From a virus, in IMG/VR virus record IMGVR_UViG_3300027909_000003: DNA of 64,000 bases; one strand, 5' to 3'. The notes below the pieces were generated by a model. That model was given only the letters and a program-made list of their open reading frames with translations. It made no database searches and had not been told where the DNA came from. The translations under genes were made by a program, and so were the position numbers. Below, piece by piece: positions 25,246 to 33,697 of this stretch; position 1 is the first letter of the stretch, and the number at the start of each line of letters is the position of its first letter.

Positions 25246-25665
25246 ATGCTGTCCGACTCCCGCGCCAACGAAATGTCGAGACACTGGAGCAAGCAAGCGA
25301 TGAGCGACGAGTACACACTGCACGATGCCCTGCGCGCGAGCGCCGGTCTGCCGCCGAAGAAGCCAGAGGCGAGCGCGCCCGCACTGACCGCCGCCCGCCG
25401 CGAGGAGCTGATCGCAACCATCGAGGAGTGGGCGCACAACTTCCCCGACGGCAGCCAGCGGCCGATCACGCGCGAGGAGCTGCACGCGGCGCTGCTGGCG
25501 CACCGTGAGCTCTCGCGCGAGGGCGAGCGCGAGCCGGCGAGTAGCGGGCAGATCCAAACGGCGTGGTGGCGAAGTAACGCGTGTAGTCCTGAAAGGGCAT
25601 TCACCGAAGGCGCCCGCTGGGCCGAGTCTCGCCTGGGCGTCGGCGCGAAGGAGCCGCGCTCGTGA
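25246..25665 (+). CDS. Hypothetical protein (GC-rich block)
   Basis: ORF 25183..25665 trimmed to ATG at 25246. The plus strand is preferred because of the chain of coupled starts downstream. Confidence 0.45.
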   Translation: MLSDSRANEMSRHWSKQAMSDEYTLHDALRASAGLPPKKPEASAPALTAARREELIATIEEWAHNFPDGSQRPITREELHAALLAHRELSREGEREPASSGQIQTAWWRSNACSPERAFTEGARWAESRLGVGAKEPRS

Positions 25666-26264
25666 GCGAGCAAGAAAAGGGGCTGTGGTGGTGCTGCGCC
25701 GCTGAGTTCGGCCACCACGAATCGGCATGTCCCAACTACGAACCCGAGCCGAGCGAGCCCCACAAGCAGCCCGCCCCGCCCGTGAGCGAGGCGCGCGAGG
25801 GCGGCAGCCCGCTTGCTCAACTCGACCACCACGGCACCGAGTGGCGGCTGATCCCCTGGGACCAGCACTTCACAGGTGACCCGACATGGCAGGTACGAGA
25901 CACTGTACATCGCGACCGCTGGCACGACCGCTACCGCGCCGACGGGAACCACGTAGAGCTCGCCCGCCAGCTCGCCGCCGTCACGGCTGAGCGGGACGCG
26001 CTGCGCAGTGCGTTGCTCGGCGTAGAGGAGTTGCACTTCCGTGAAGGCGAGAATGCCAACGCTCGATTCGAGCGCATCGGCGAGGTGTTCTATCGCGAGA
26101 CAGGCTACCTACGACCAGGGAAGAGCGAGTCGCCGCATACGTGGCACCCCGGAAAAGACGAAGAGCGCGAGGCGGCCTTCACAGACTGGACGAAGAAGAG
26201 AATCAACGCTGCCCGTGCCGCCCTGGCCGCCCCCGCTGCCGCCGGGCGAGAGGAGGGCGAATGA
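25662..26264 (+). CDS. Hypothetical protein (GC-rich block)
   Basis: 200-aa ORF with a GTGA overlap. Confidence 0.5.
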   Translation: MSEQEKGLWWCCAAEFGHHESACPNYEPEPSEPHKQPAPPVSEAREGGSPLAQLDHHGTEWRLIPWDQHFTGDPTWQVRDTVHRDRWHDRYRADGNHVELARQLAAVTAERDALRSALLGVEELHFREGENANARFERIGEVFYRETGYLRPGKSESPHTWHPGKDEEREAAFTDWTKKRINAARAALAAPAAAGREEGE

Positions 26265-26839
26265 GCGAGCTTGCACGCTGGAGCGAAGGCCGACTCGTTG
26301 CCACCGACGACACCGGAGCGGTTCTCTCGCGCTTTGGGGGCTGTGCTGGCTACGCGCCCGCGCACGACGCCTGCGAACTATGGGAAGCCATCATTCATCT
26401 TGACGCCACCGTTAGAGAGCGGGAAGCCACCATCGCCGCCCACGAGGCCGAGCTTGCGCGCGTGCGTGCCGCCGTCCCGCCAACGAGCCTGGACTACACG
26501 ATGCCGCCCGACGAGTGGATCGGGTGGCTGACGCAACGGGTGGCGTGGCTGGAAGGCAAGATCGACTCGATTGTGACGGCACAAGACGCCGCGCGCGAGG
26601 CGATGCGTTGCAGCTACGCCGACGAAGGGCGCAGCGTCGCCGCCATCGTTGAACTGGTCAAGGGTCCGGTTGCGAAGCGCGACGAAGCGATAGAGATGGC
26701 CAGAGCAGCTGTGCGAGGCGATACGACCACCGCGCCCGGCGAGCGGCGCGGCGAGGGGGCGAAACGAAATGAGCGAATCCGTATTCGAGGAACGCATGAG
26801 ACTCAAGAGAGCGTGCGGTACTTGGAACCGCAGCCATGA
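26261..26839 (+). CDS. Hypothetical protein (GC-rich block)
   Basis: ORF 26141..26839 trimmed to ATG at 26261 (aggaggg upstream, ATGA overlap): MSELARWSEGRLVATDD... Confidence 0.5.
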   Translation: MSELARWSEGRLVATDDTGAVLSRFGGCAGYAPAHDACELWEAIIHLDATVREREATIAAHEAELARVRAAVPPTSLDYTMPPDEWIGWLTQRVAWLEGKIDSIVTAQDAAREAMRCSYADEGRSVAAIVELVKGPVAKRDEAIEMARAAVRGDTTTAPGERRGEGAKRNERIRIRGTHETQESVRYLEPQP

Positions 26840-26868
26840 GCGCGACCCGCCACGAGCGCGACCGCCAC
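26838..26868 (+). repeat. Imperfect tandem duplication gagcgcgac(c)cgccac x2
   Basis: Read directly; lies in the 57-nt gap before gene 26897. Confidence 0.8.
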
Positions 26869-26896
26869 GGCGTGCCCGTAGACGACAGGAGACCAC

Positions 26897-27097
26897 ATGA
26901 CCACCGATAGCACCGAGCGCCTCGCCGGCATCCGCGCCGAGCGACGCGCACTCGATCACTCGCTCACCGACCACGGCGACCAGCGAGCCTTTCAAGCCGA
27001 GTGTTCGGTGTGCGGTCGCGTCGTCGCAGTCGGTTACCCACACACCAGCAAGGACGGAAGAGGATTGTGCCCAGTTGGTCAGAAAGAGGTGATATGA
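26897..27097 (+). CDS. Hypothetical small protein
   Basis: 66 aa, with aggag 6 nt upstream of the ATG. Confidence 0.5.
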   Translation: MTTDSTERLAGIRAERRALDHSLTDHGDQRAFQAECSVCGRVVAVGYPHTSKDGRGLCPVGQKEVI

Positions 27098-27987
27098 AGA
27101 AGTCAAATGATGGCAAGGCGCACGGAATAAATGTTCACATCGCTATGGAGTGGTTGCTGAACATAGTATTCCTCCGCAAGCAAGTTACCACTCCGCAACC
27201 ACAAGTCGAAGTTGTAGATCCTGGACACTTCGGCGGCGGCTCGCCGAACATGAAGTTGCTCTACAGTCTGCTCTGGTATGCGTGGGCATGGCTCACAGAC
27301 TCGCGCAACATGTCTGTGCATCGTGAGCGCATGCGGCGCATCATCAACCGTGAAAGAAGTTTCTACGGAAATGTCGAGCCAACCACAAGCTCACACGGTC
27401 AGCTTTGGCTCGCTGTAATGACAGGCGCGCTCTATGTCGCGCTCCAATGCGAACACGATGATGTACGTGATGAAGCTGTGTGGTGGCTTCGCATCGATCA
27501 TGCAATCCACTGGGTCACAGAGGCTGATGGCGCCATGTGGGCCCCAGGAGGACGCTGCACAGACAAGCCCAAGAACATGGGCGGTAAGCTACTCGGCAGC
27601 AACCCAACAAGGCCAAAGTACCTGCAAGCCTTACAGACTGGCAAGACCAAAGGCAAGGCCAATCAGTACGACATCGGAGCATGGTTCATGACGCGTGTAC
27701 CGCAGGCCTGGCGGGAAGAAATTCAGCGTTGGCCTCAGTCATTCCCACCCATGGCTGGTGGGTTTCACGCTCGTCGCTATGCCAATGGAGACTTCATAGC
27801 TTGGTATGAAGATCTGGAAGGTGTAGCAGACACCACATATGCAACAGGAAGATTTGAAGGAGCCCTTTGGATCAGTGAATCGCCCATAGACGACGACGAC
27901 AAGAACCACCACATCAATCTACTCGACGCACATGAGGGTGAGACCCCAGAGCTGTCAATCGATGCACCTGCTGCAGTAACCGCCTAA
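27094..27987 (+). CDS. Hypothetical protein (297 aa), last gene of the plus block
   Basis: ORF 27001..27987 trimmed to ATG at 27094 (ATGA overlap). No recognisable domain. Confidence 0.6.
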   Translation: MKKSNDGKAHGINVHIAMEWLLNIVFLRKQVTTPQPQVEVVDPGHFGGGSPNMKLLYSLLWYAWAWLTDSRNMSVHRERMRRIINRERSFYGNVEPTTSSHGQLWLAVMTGALYVALQCEHDDVRDEAVWWLRIDHAIHWVTEADGAMWAPGGRCTDKPKNMGGKLLGSNPTRPKYLQALQTGKTKGKANQYDIGAWFMTRVPQAWREEIQRWPQSFPPMAGGFHARRYANGDFIAWYEDLEGVADTTYATGRFEGALWISESPIDDDDKNHHINLLDAHEGETPELSIDAPAAVTA

Positions 27988-28233
27988 CCCCCCTGCCAGG
28001 ACCCCCCTAACCGCCGCCCTAACCGGCCCCCGCCTAGGGAGCCTACGGTCGCCGCCGGGCGGCCCCTAGGCCCTACGGGGGCCGGTTAGCGGCCCCTACC
28101 GGGCGCCCTAGGCGCGTAACGTGGCCGCCGGGCCTACTAGCGCCGGTTCTACGGGCCTAGGGGGCCCGCCCCCCGCCTCCCCTTTACCGCGCCCGCCCGC
28201 CCCTACTCCTCGCCGGCCGGCCGCCGGCCGCTC
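27985..28233. repeat. GC-rich TA-punctuated island (family member E), convergent intergenic region
   Basis: About 250 nt with no ORF. Four CCTAGG sites (28033, 28065, 28107, 28156) plus cctaac, cctacgg, ggttagc, cctacc, cctactag and ccctact punctuations. Shares ggcgcgtaac and cccctaggcc with island F. Confidence 0.7.
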
Positions 28234-28890
28234 TTAGCCGCCCGGCGGGAGCTGCGCAGAGGCAGGCCACTCAGCACGACCCTCGAATGCCTCGCGCAGT
28301 TGTGTAGTGCCTAGCCCAAGAGCAAGTTGATAGTGTGGCTGATCGCCAAGATCACCCGGCCAGTCCCCGCCCCACTCCACACCCGCCGGTTTCCAAATTC
28401 CCCCTAGCCTACCATAGTCGTCGTCGTGGCGATCCTCACGATCGAACGTGAGGTATGTGCCATCGGCAGCAAACAATCCAAGATCCCACGCAATGCCGAA
28501 GTTGTGTCGGCTCTGCCCACCGCGCGCATTAGTCACCACGCCTTTTCGCGTCTTGCGGTTACCAATAGCGTACAGCGCATCTTGTTCGGCATAGGTCCGG
28601 GTCCCGCCGACCACACGCGGATGCAAGCCAGCAGCGTGCACAGCGAGCAGGCAGGCACGCGCCTGCTTGTGGGCTACCGGCAGTAACGTGCGCAGCAATG
28701 GCGTAGTGCGGCCGCCCCACTCAGCGAAGGCGAACGATCGAGCTACTGCATTGTGCTGAGTGTCCCAGGCTAGCTCCGCCGCATAGGTCTTCGGACCGAA
28801 CACGCCGTCCAGCTTGCCAGTGTACAGTCCTGCGGCGCGGTAATAGCGCTGGTCGCTAAGCACTTGCGCCGGCAGCAATGGCGCGCTCAC
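28234..28890 (-). CDS. Endolysin: peptidoglycan-binding domain plus M15-family zinc peptidase (VanY or L-Ala-D-Glu peptidase type)
   Basis: PG_binding_1-like YYRAAGLYTGKLDGVFGPKTYAAELAW. M15 motifs RTYAEQDALY, SRHNFGIAWDL (H-x6-D), WGGDW and DQPHYQL. Confidence 0.85.
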   Translation of the reverse strand: MSAPLLPAQVLSDQRYYRAAGLYTGKLDGVFGPKTYAAELAWDTQHNAVARSFAFAEWGGRTTPLLRTLLPVAHKQARACLLAVHAAGLHPRVVGGTRTYAEQDALYAIGNRKTRKGVVTNARGGQSRHNFGIAWDLGLFAADGTYLTFDREDRHDDDYGRLGGIWKPAGVEWGGDWPGDLGDQPHYQLALGLGTTQLREAFEGRAEWPASAQLPPGG

Positions 28891-29138
28891 TCACCGTCTC
28901 CTGGCGGCCGCTCGCCCACGTCGGGCAACTCCTCTGCATTGATGCGCACGATCTCAGTTTCGATCTCCTCTCGCGTCATTGTTTCAATCTTGTCACCGTG
29001 CTTAGCGATCATTCGATCCGCAGTCGACGAGGCCAGCTCGAAAGCCGTCGCGGCGAGCGGCCCACCGTAGACGCCGACGGCGACCTGGAGCAGAGCCTTG
29101 AGTTTGGGGTCGAGAGTCTTCACGATTTGCTCCTCCAC
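28887..29138 (-). CDS. Hypothetical small protein (lysis cassette)
   Basis: 83-aa ORF with an ATGA-type overlap to the endolysin. Confidence 0.45.
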   Translation of the reverse strand: MEEQIVKTLDPKLKALLQVAVGVYGGPLAATAFELASSTADRMIAKHGDKIETMTREEIETEIVRINAEELPDVGERPPGDGE

Positions 29139-29494
29139 GGCGTCGCCTCTGCCAGCTGCGCGAGCAGCGCGTCCAGCTGCGCCGACAGTGCCAGGACCTC
29201 GGTGGCGTCAGTTTCGTCGTTGGTCAGGTAGTTCTCCAGCGCGAGGCCGGCGGCCACGACCACTGGCTTCATCACACGCAGGACAGTGCGCGCCTTGTCG
29301 AGCTTGTCCTCACTGACGGCGTGCGCTGCGCTGGCCGCGTCGACAGCCTTGACGGCATCCTTGTAGATGCTGCGGGCAGTGGTAATGGTGATGAGCGCCT
29401 TTTGCTCTGTGCTGAGATGATGGCGCGGAGCCTCGGCGCAGGCGGCAGCCAGGAGAGCCACCGCGAGGAGTGGAGCGAGAGAGCGCAGCTTCAA
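29120..29494 (-). CDS. Lipoprotein (possible outer-membrane spanin component)
   Basis: MKLRSLAPLLAVALLAAAC has a lipobox LAAC. The rest is helical and Ala-rich. Confidence 0.6.
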   Translation of the reverse strand: MKLRSLAPLLAVALLAAACAEAPRHHLSTEQKALITITTARSIYKDAVKAVDAASAAHAVSEDKLDKARTVLRVMKPVVVAAGLALENYLTNDETDATEVLALSAQLDALLAQLAEATPWRSKS

Positions 29495-29784
29495 GGCCTC
29501 TCCTCCTTGGCCGCCTCGACCTTGGCGATATCGGCGTTGGTCATACTGGCGGCTTTGGCGAGCGTCGGCTCGCTGAGCTTGACAGCAGGGACCACATTGT
29601 CCCTGGTTGCGACTGTGCCGGCACCGGCGATAGCCAGTAGGATGATATCAAGGAAGGTCTTCCACTCCGCTGCGATGTCGACGCCATACTTGTGCAGCGT
29701 GACGCCGAGCGCGATGAGGAAAGCGTCGAGCAAGCGCGTCGCGAGAACCGGCTGTCGCTTGACCCAGTCTGTAAGCCACTTCAT
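29491..29784 (-). CDS. Holin-like small membrane protein
   Basis: 97 aa with two hydrophobic segments (LLDAFLIALGVTL; FLDIILLAIAGAGTVA) and a charged C-terminus. Lies next to the endolysin. Confidence 0.5.
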   Translation of the reverse strand: MKWLTDWVKRQPVLATRLLDAFLIALGVTLHKYGVDIAAEWKTFLDIILLAIAGAGTVATRDNVVPAVKLSEPTLAKAASMTNADIAKVEAAKEERP

Positions 29785-30242
29785 TACCTCTCCTTCTCGA
29801 TTGTTGGCAATGCTTCATCAACCTTAGCCGCCAGCTTCTCGATTGCCTTGCCGCGATTACCAGCCTGCTCAGTCTGAATCTGCACCCTCCCAGCCAGATC
29901 AGCTAGCCGCTGATCGATTCTGGCAGCCCTGTCGCGATCCTCCTCGTCTCTCTTCTCCATTGTGCCTGCTTTACCTTCCAGCAACTTTAAGGAAGCTTCG
30001 ATTCTGCCAATAACATCGTGCAGTGATGTGCCCTTGTTAGGCCGGAACTGTTCTGCTATTTCGTTGAGCGTTGAGAACACTCCTGGTGTGTCCTCAAATT
30101 GTTTCACCATCTGTATTAGTAGAGGCAGCAAACGATTGTGGAGCGTAATGAGCATGGCGATTGGACGCACCAGCTTAGTCCAAATGATTCCTGAGGCTAC
30201 TATCAATGTAGATGCCAGTACGATCCCTTCGACCAAATGCAT
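29784..30242 (-). CDS. N-terminal TM plus coiled-coil protein (possible inner-membrane spanin or holin partner)
   Basis: ORF 29784..30398 trimmed to ATG at 30242 (MHLVEGIVLASTLIVASGIIW...), then a long charged helical region. Confidence 0.5.
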   Translation of the reverse strand: MHLVEGIVLASTLIVASGIIWTKLVRPIAMLITLHNRLLPLLIQMVKQFEDTPGVFSTLNEIAEQFRPNKGTSLHDVIGRIEASLKLLEGKAGTMEKRDEEDRDRAARIDQRLADLAGRVQIQTEQAGNRGKAIEKLAAKVDEALPTIEKER

Positions 30243-30276
30243 CAAGCTCTCCTTCAAGTAATTGCTACGTTTCTTT

Positions 30277-30513
30277 TTAGTCTCGCTTTGCCTCGTGATC
30301 AAGCGCCAGCTTAGCGACAGCCTCGTACAGTTTCCCCGTCGTTCCGAATGGCGCGAGGTCGTAGTTGTCCAGTAGCCAATCGGCGTACTTCTTGGCATCC
30401 TCGAAAGAGCAGCCCATGCCCTTCACCATGTCGGTTGCAAGGGCCTCCTTCGCGGCAGCCCCGTTGGGAGGGCAGCAGACCCCAGTCGCACAGTTGCGCA
30501 GTCCGTTGCTCAT
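30277..30513 (-). CDS. Hypothetical Cys-containing small protein
   Basis: ORF 30277..30609 trimmed to ATG at 30513 (ATGA overlap): MSNGLRNCATGVCCPPNG... Confidence 0.45.
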   Translation of the reverse strand: MSNGLRNCATGVCCPPNGAAAKEALATDMVKGMGCSFEDAKKYADWLLDNYDLAPFGTTGKLYEAVAKLALDHEAKRD

Positions 30514-31019
30514 CGCTTCTCTTCTCCTTTTGGTAACTGGTTTGGGCGAGGGCTGACAGCCAACGGGACAGTACCTGTTCCGACTGGAGGATTGATTGAG
30601 CCATTCCAAAGTCCCGCACGCGCAAGCGCAATCTTAATGTCATAGAGATCGTATTGCTGCATTAACCACTTACCATCAAACTTGTCGTTGAACTCTTTGA
30701 GCTGCTCGCGTAGTTCTCCAGATTGCTTGGCCTGCTCACCCTGAGCACGCTTAATGTCGCGAAGCTCAGAGACAATCCCCCAGTAAGCGAAGGCTGCCAA
30801 GATAATAGCCCCTACAACTTTGATAAAGTCGCCAAGAGCTATTTGAATGACCATTCCGTCGCCAGCTTTTATCATTGTAGGCTTACGTTGAGCTTCAGCC
30901 ACTGTGCTCACCTCGCCAGATTGGAAACGACGAGTCGTGGATTCAGCACCAGCAGCGAGGTGGATCTCATTAGCGAGACGAACCCCTGAATCGTTATCTC
31001 CTGATCCCTTCTGTTCCAT
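30510..31019 (-). CDS. Hypothetical membrane protein
   Basis: 169 aa with a central TM segment (FIKVVGAIILAAFAYWGIV) followed by a coiled coil. Confidence 0.5.
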   Translation of the reverse strand: MEQKGSGDNDSGVRLANEIHLAAGAESTTRRFQSGEVSTVAEAQRKPTMIKAGDGMVIQIALGDFIKVVGAIILAAFAYWGIVSELRDIKRAQGEQAKQSGELREQLKEFNDKFDGKWLMQQYDLYDIKIALARAGLWNGSINPPVGTGTVPLAVSPRPNQLPKGEEKR

Positions 31020-31058
31020 CCGTTGTGCTCCATACTTCTCTCACCCCGTCTGAAAAAG

Positions 31059-31466
31059 TTAGCGAACAGCGTTTCTGTTCCTTCCACGCTCCCTAGGTGG
31101 CAACTTCGCCACTGCTGCCGAAGGTGTCGGCGCAGGCTCCATTTCGACTCCGTTACGATCCCTCGCCACCCAATCCCCGTTTGGCCTGCGATCCAATCTT
31201 TGCTCAGCCATCACCAAGTCCAAATCAGCGAGCGTCTCAATAACAACCACCTCTGCTCGCGCTGCGATGAGTGCAGTCAACCTAGTATCAGTGTCCTGAG
31301 CTGCCTCCAACGGGGTCGGGAAGCCAGCGTGCGCAGCTCGCAGTGACGACCACGGTGCTGAGTCGGTCTCTCTTACCGAGCAGCGCCACATGCCGCCAGG
31401 CAGTGGCTCTACCCTAATCTGCCAGCCTTCAGCGCGACGACGCAACAGAATTTCGTCTGTAGGCAC
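31059..31466 (-). CDS. Hypothetical protein
   Basis: 135-aa ORF downstream of the fibre genes. Confidence 0.45.
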   Translation of the reverse strand: MPTDEILLRRRAEGWQIRVEPLPGGMWRCSVRETDSAPWSSLRAAHAGFPTPLEAAQDTDTRLTALIAARAEVVVIETLADLDLVMAEQRLDRRPNGDWVARDRNGVEMEPAPTPSAAVAKLPPRERGRNRNAVR

Positions 31467-31467
31467 T

Positions 31468-32100
31468 CTATGTCACCTTCAGTCCGCCACCCGAGGTGGG
31501 CAGAACGATCGTCCCAGTTCCCTCTGTACCAGCGCTGCGAATCAGACCGGAGTCAGAGGCCTGCAGAATATTTCCGGAATCGGCCGCTGCATTGATAAGA
31601 CCTGAGTTTGAAATGTCCATGTGCTTGAAGCCTGGCACTTGGAAATGAGCATGATAAACGCGAAGATCAAAGTCCAGCTCTGTGATCTTAAGTCCTTCGA
31701 CTGTGAGCGACAATCCACCATAGTTCGTGATCGCGTCAGCCTCACCACTAGACAATGTCAAAGTGTACGTGATCGTAGTGTTGTTAGTCAGTGATTGATT
31801 GCCGGTGGCAATGAGAGTTGCTCCCTGCTTTAGCTTAAAGATGAGAACATTCTGAACCCCAGGGCAGTTCAGTTGTGCAGCTGTGACTGTGAGTATGTGT
31901 CCTGTGCTGACCAGTGGGTCGGCGACAGCCGACAATCCAGCCTGATAGACAAATGGCACATCCTGAACAAGCGTCTTAATGTAGTCGCTGAGATTCTCAA
32001 CAGCCTCATCGATTGACTGGAATATGTTCGTTGTCCCGCCTGACTGGTCGGACCAGCCAGAGGAAGCGATGTCGCTATTGGGTCGTGCGAAGATAGGCAT
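31468..32100 (-). CDS. Tail fibre/spike-associated protein
   Basis: 210 aa; position and Gly/Ser/Thr/Asn-rich beta-type composition. Confidence 0.45.
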   Translation of the reverse strand: MPIFARPNSDIASSGWSDQSGGTTNIFQSIDEAVENLSDYIKTLVQDVPFVYQAGLSAVADPLVSTGHILTVTAAQLNCPGVQNVLIFKLKQGATLIATGNQSLTNNTTITYTLTLSSGEADAITNYGGLSLTVEGLKITELDFDLRVYHAHFQVPGFKHMDISNSGLINAAADSGNILQASDSGLIRSAGTEGTGTIVLPTSGGGLKVT

Positions 32101-32840
32101 TAGCCACCAATCGCAATCGACTGAACAATTGCCAACTCGGTCGTGTTAATCGCTACTCCCAGCATACGTCGCCGCACTGAGGAAGATGGAGTAGGAGCTG
32201 TGATCGTAAATCCTCCAGCCGTTGATAGATAGTAGGGCGACCCTGCTGTAAGGCTGGACAATGTAACACGGCCGCTTAGTACATACACTCCAGTAGCCTC
32301 TTTGAAAGCGACCAATGCGAGTTGATCATTTGTATCAGCTTGCGAAGCGTCAGTCCATGTATTCGCTGTTGTTGTCATGCGCACAAACTTGCCGACTGTG
32401 CCACCGGTCTGGCTCACATTCAAAGTAGTGCGCGCGTCATTCTTTACGCCGAGATTAACAACAGCTGTTGCAATAGAATTGAGGTCGCTGAGATTGTTCG
32501 CTGCAAGCAAGTACAGCGTCGGATTGTGCACAATGTACACATCACGTGTACCAGCACCCCAATTTACTGCTGCGCCGTTTGGCTGCAGAACAGTAGCTCG
32601 CGTCAGAGTCTTGGCTGTGTTGTTCCAGACACCAGTGCCAACCTCACAGAGCTTTGGACCACCGACCACTGTGGTGTCGACCACGATGTAGGCGACGGTG
32701 TCTCCGTCGGCTAGATCTCCGTCTGTAACGGCGCGAGTCAAATTGCGCCAACCAGCCGAGGTTGGCTCAGACAGAGTGTACGTGCCTGTGCCTGTTGTAG
32801 ATGAAGTGCTCTTACACCTGAAAGGAAAACGAAACGCCAT
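32100..32840 (-). CDS. Tail fibre-like protein
   Basis: 246 aa, Thr/Gly/Ala/Asn-rich, immediately after the distal tail genes. Confidence 0.45.
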   Translation of the reverse strand: MAFRFPFRCKSTSSTTGTGTYTLSEPTSAGWRNLTRAVTDGDLADGDTVAYIVVDTTVVGGPKLCEVGTGVWNNTAKTLTRATVLQPNGAAVNWGAGTRDVYIVHNPTLYLLAANNLSDLNSIATAVVNLGVKNDARTTLNVSQTGGTVGKFVRMTTTANTWTDASQADTNDQLALVAFKEATGVYVLSGRVTLSSLTAGSPYYLSTAGGFTITAPTPSSSVRRRMLGVAINTTELAIVQSIAIGG

Positions 32841-32845
32841 TTGTC

Positions 32846-33697
32846 TTACCTCATCTCTGTGATACCAAGCTCAGTTACTGTGAATCCTGTCTGTCGATAT
32901 TCGGTAGGGATATGCTTGACGGAGACATCCTCTTTCACGCGACCAACATACAGAACATCCATTGGATAGATCAATTCAGATGTATCAACACACACCACTA
33001 TGTCGTGCGATGAGCCACGCTCCAAAAGCATGTCCTTGATATTTGCTCCATCAGCCTTTGTCAATGCACCAGGCTGCCATCCGAAAGACACTCTACGACG
33101 CGCACCGCACGGCCTGGTACTCTCTCCTCCATCCATATCCTCTGTCCCCACAACATTCTCGCCATGGATCATCTCCCACCCAGGCTCTGCCGAATGGACA
33201 GGAGTGATGGGCGTTCCTAGAATTAGACGCGATCCACGAACGAAACCATCACTGTTCGAATTCCACTGGAAGTCAACTCGCCACCAACGCGCACCAGATG
33301 TGCCGAATGTGTATAGGCGGTGGGGACGACGATACTTAACCATCGAAAGTTCACTACCAGCCGGGTAGAATGGAATCATGCCAGAGTCAAACGATGGATT
33401 AGCTGTGAGATCCACCTCTGAACTTGCTGATCTCAGTCTGAATTCATCGCTGTCCTCACCGTTAAAGTAGCCTAGAAAAAGTGCACGCCAATTGACTACT
33501 GCTCCCGCATCGACTGTGATAAATGGAGTCGTCGTCGTTGACTGCCAAACCAACTTTGTGCGCTGGTTCCGAAGATACGCGGCAGCAGTCCCTCCGACAG
33601 AATTGCTAGCCACCATCTCATGAATGGCGTCAGATTCCTTCGGACTAACGAGTGTTGTTAAACTACCCAAAGAGATCCACCTCCACACGGTCGGCAC
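32846..33697 (-). CDS. Distal tail/baseplate protein
   Basis: 283 aa; assigned by position. Start uncertain: 35-nt overlap with the upstream gene, alternative Met at 33616. Confidence 0.45.
   Translation of the reverse strand: MPTVWRWISLGSLTTLVSPKESDAIHEMVASNSVGGTAAAYLRNQRTKLVWQSTTTTPFITVDAGAVVNWRALFLGYFNGEDSDEFRLRSASSEVDLTANPSFDSGMIPFYPAGSELSMVKYRRPHRLYTFGTSGARWWRVDFQWNSNSDGFVRGSRLILGTPITPVHSAEPGWEMIHGENVVGTEDMDGGESTRPCGARRRVSFGWQPGALTKADGANIKDMLLERGSSHDIVVCVDTSELIYPMDVLYVGRVKEDVSVKHIPTEYRQTGFTVTELGITEMR

Noticed and set aside
25126-27106. Long minus-strand ORFs (200, 276 and 242 aa) in the GC-rich block
   Set aside because: High GC opens all frames. The plus-strand ORFs form a chain with RBSs and ATGA or GTGA overlaps consistent with the rest of the block. 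I keep some doubt and list it under the findings.
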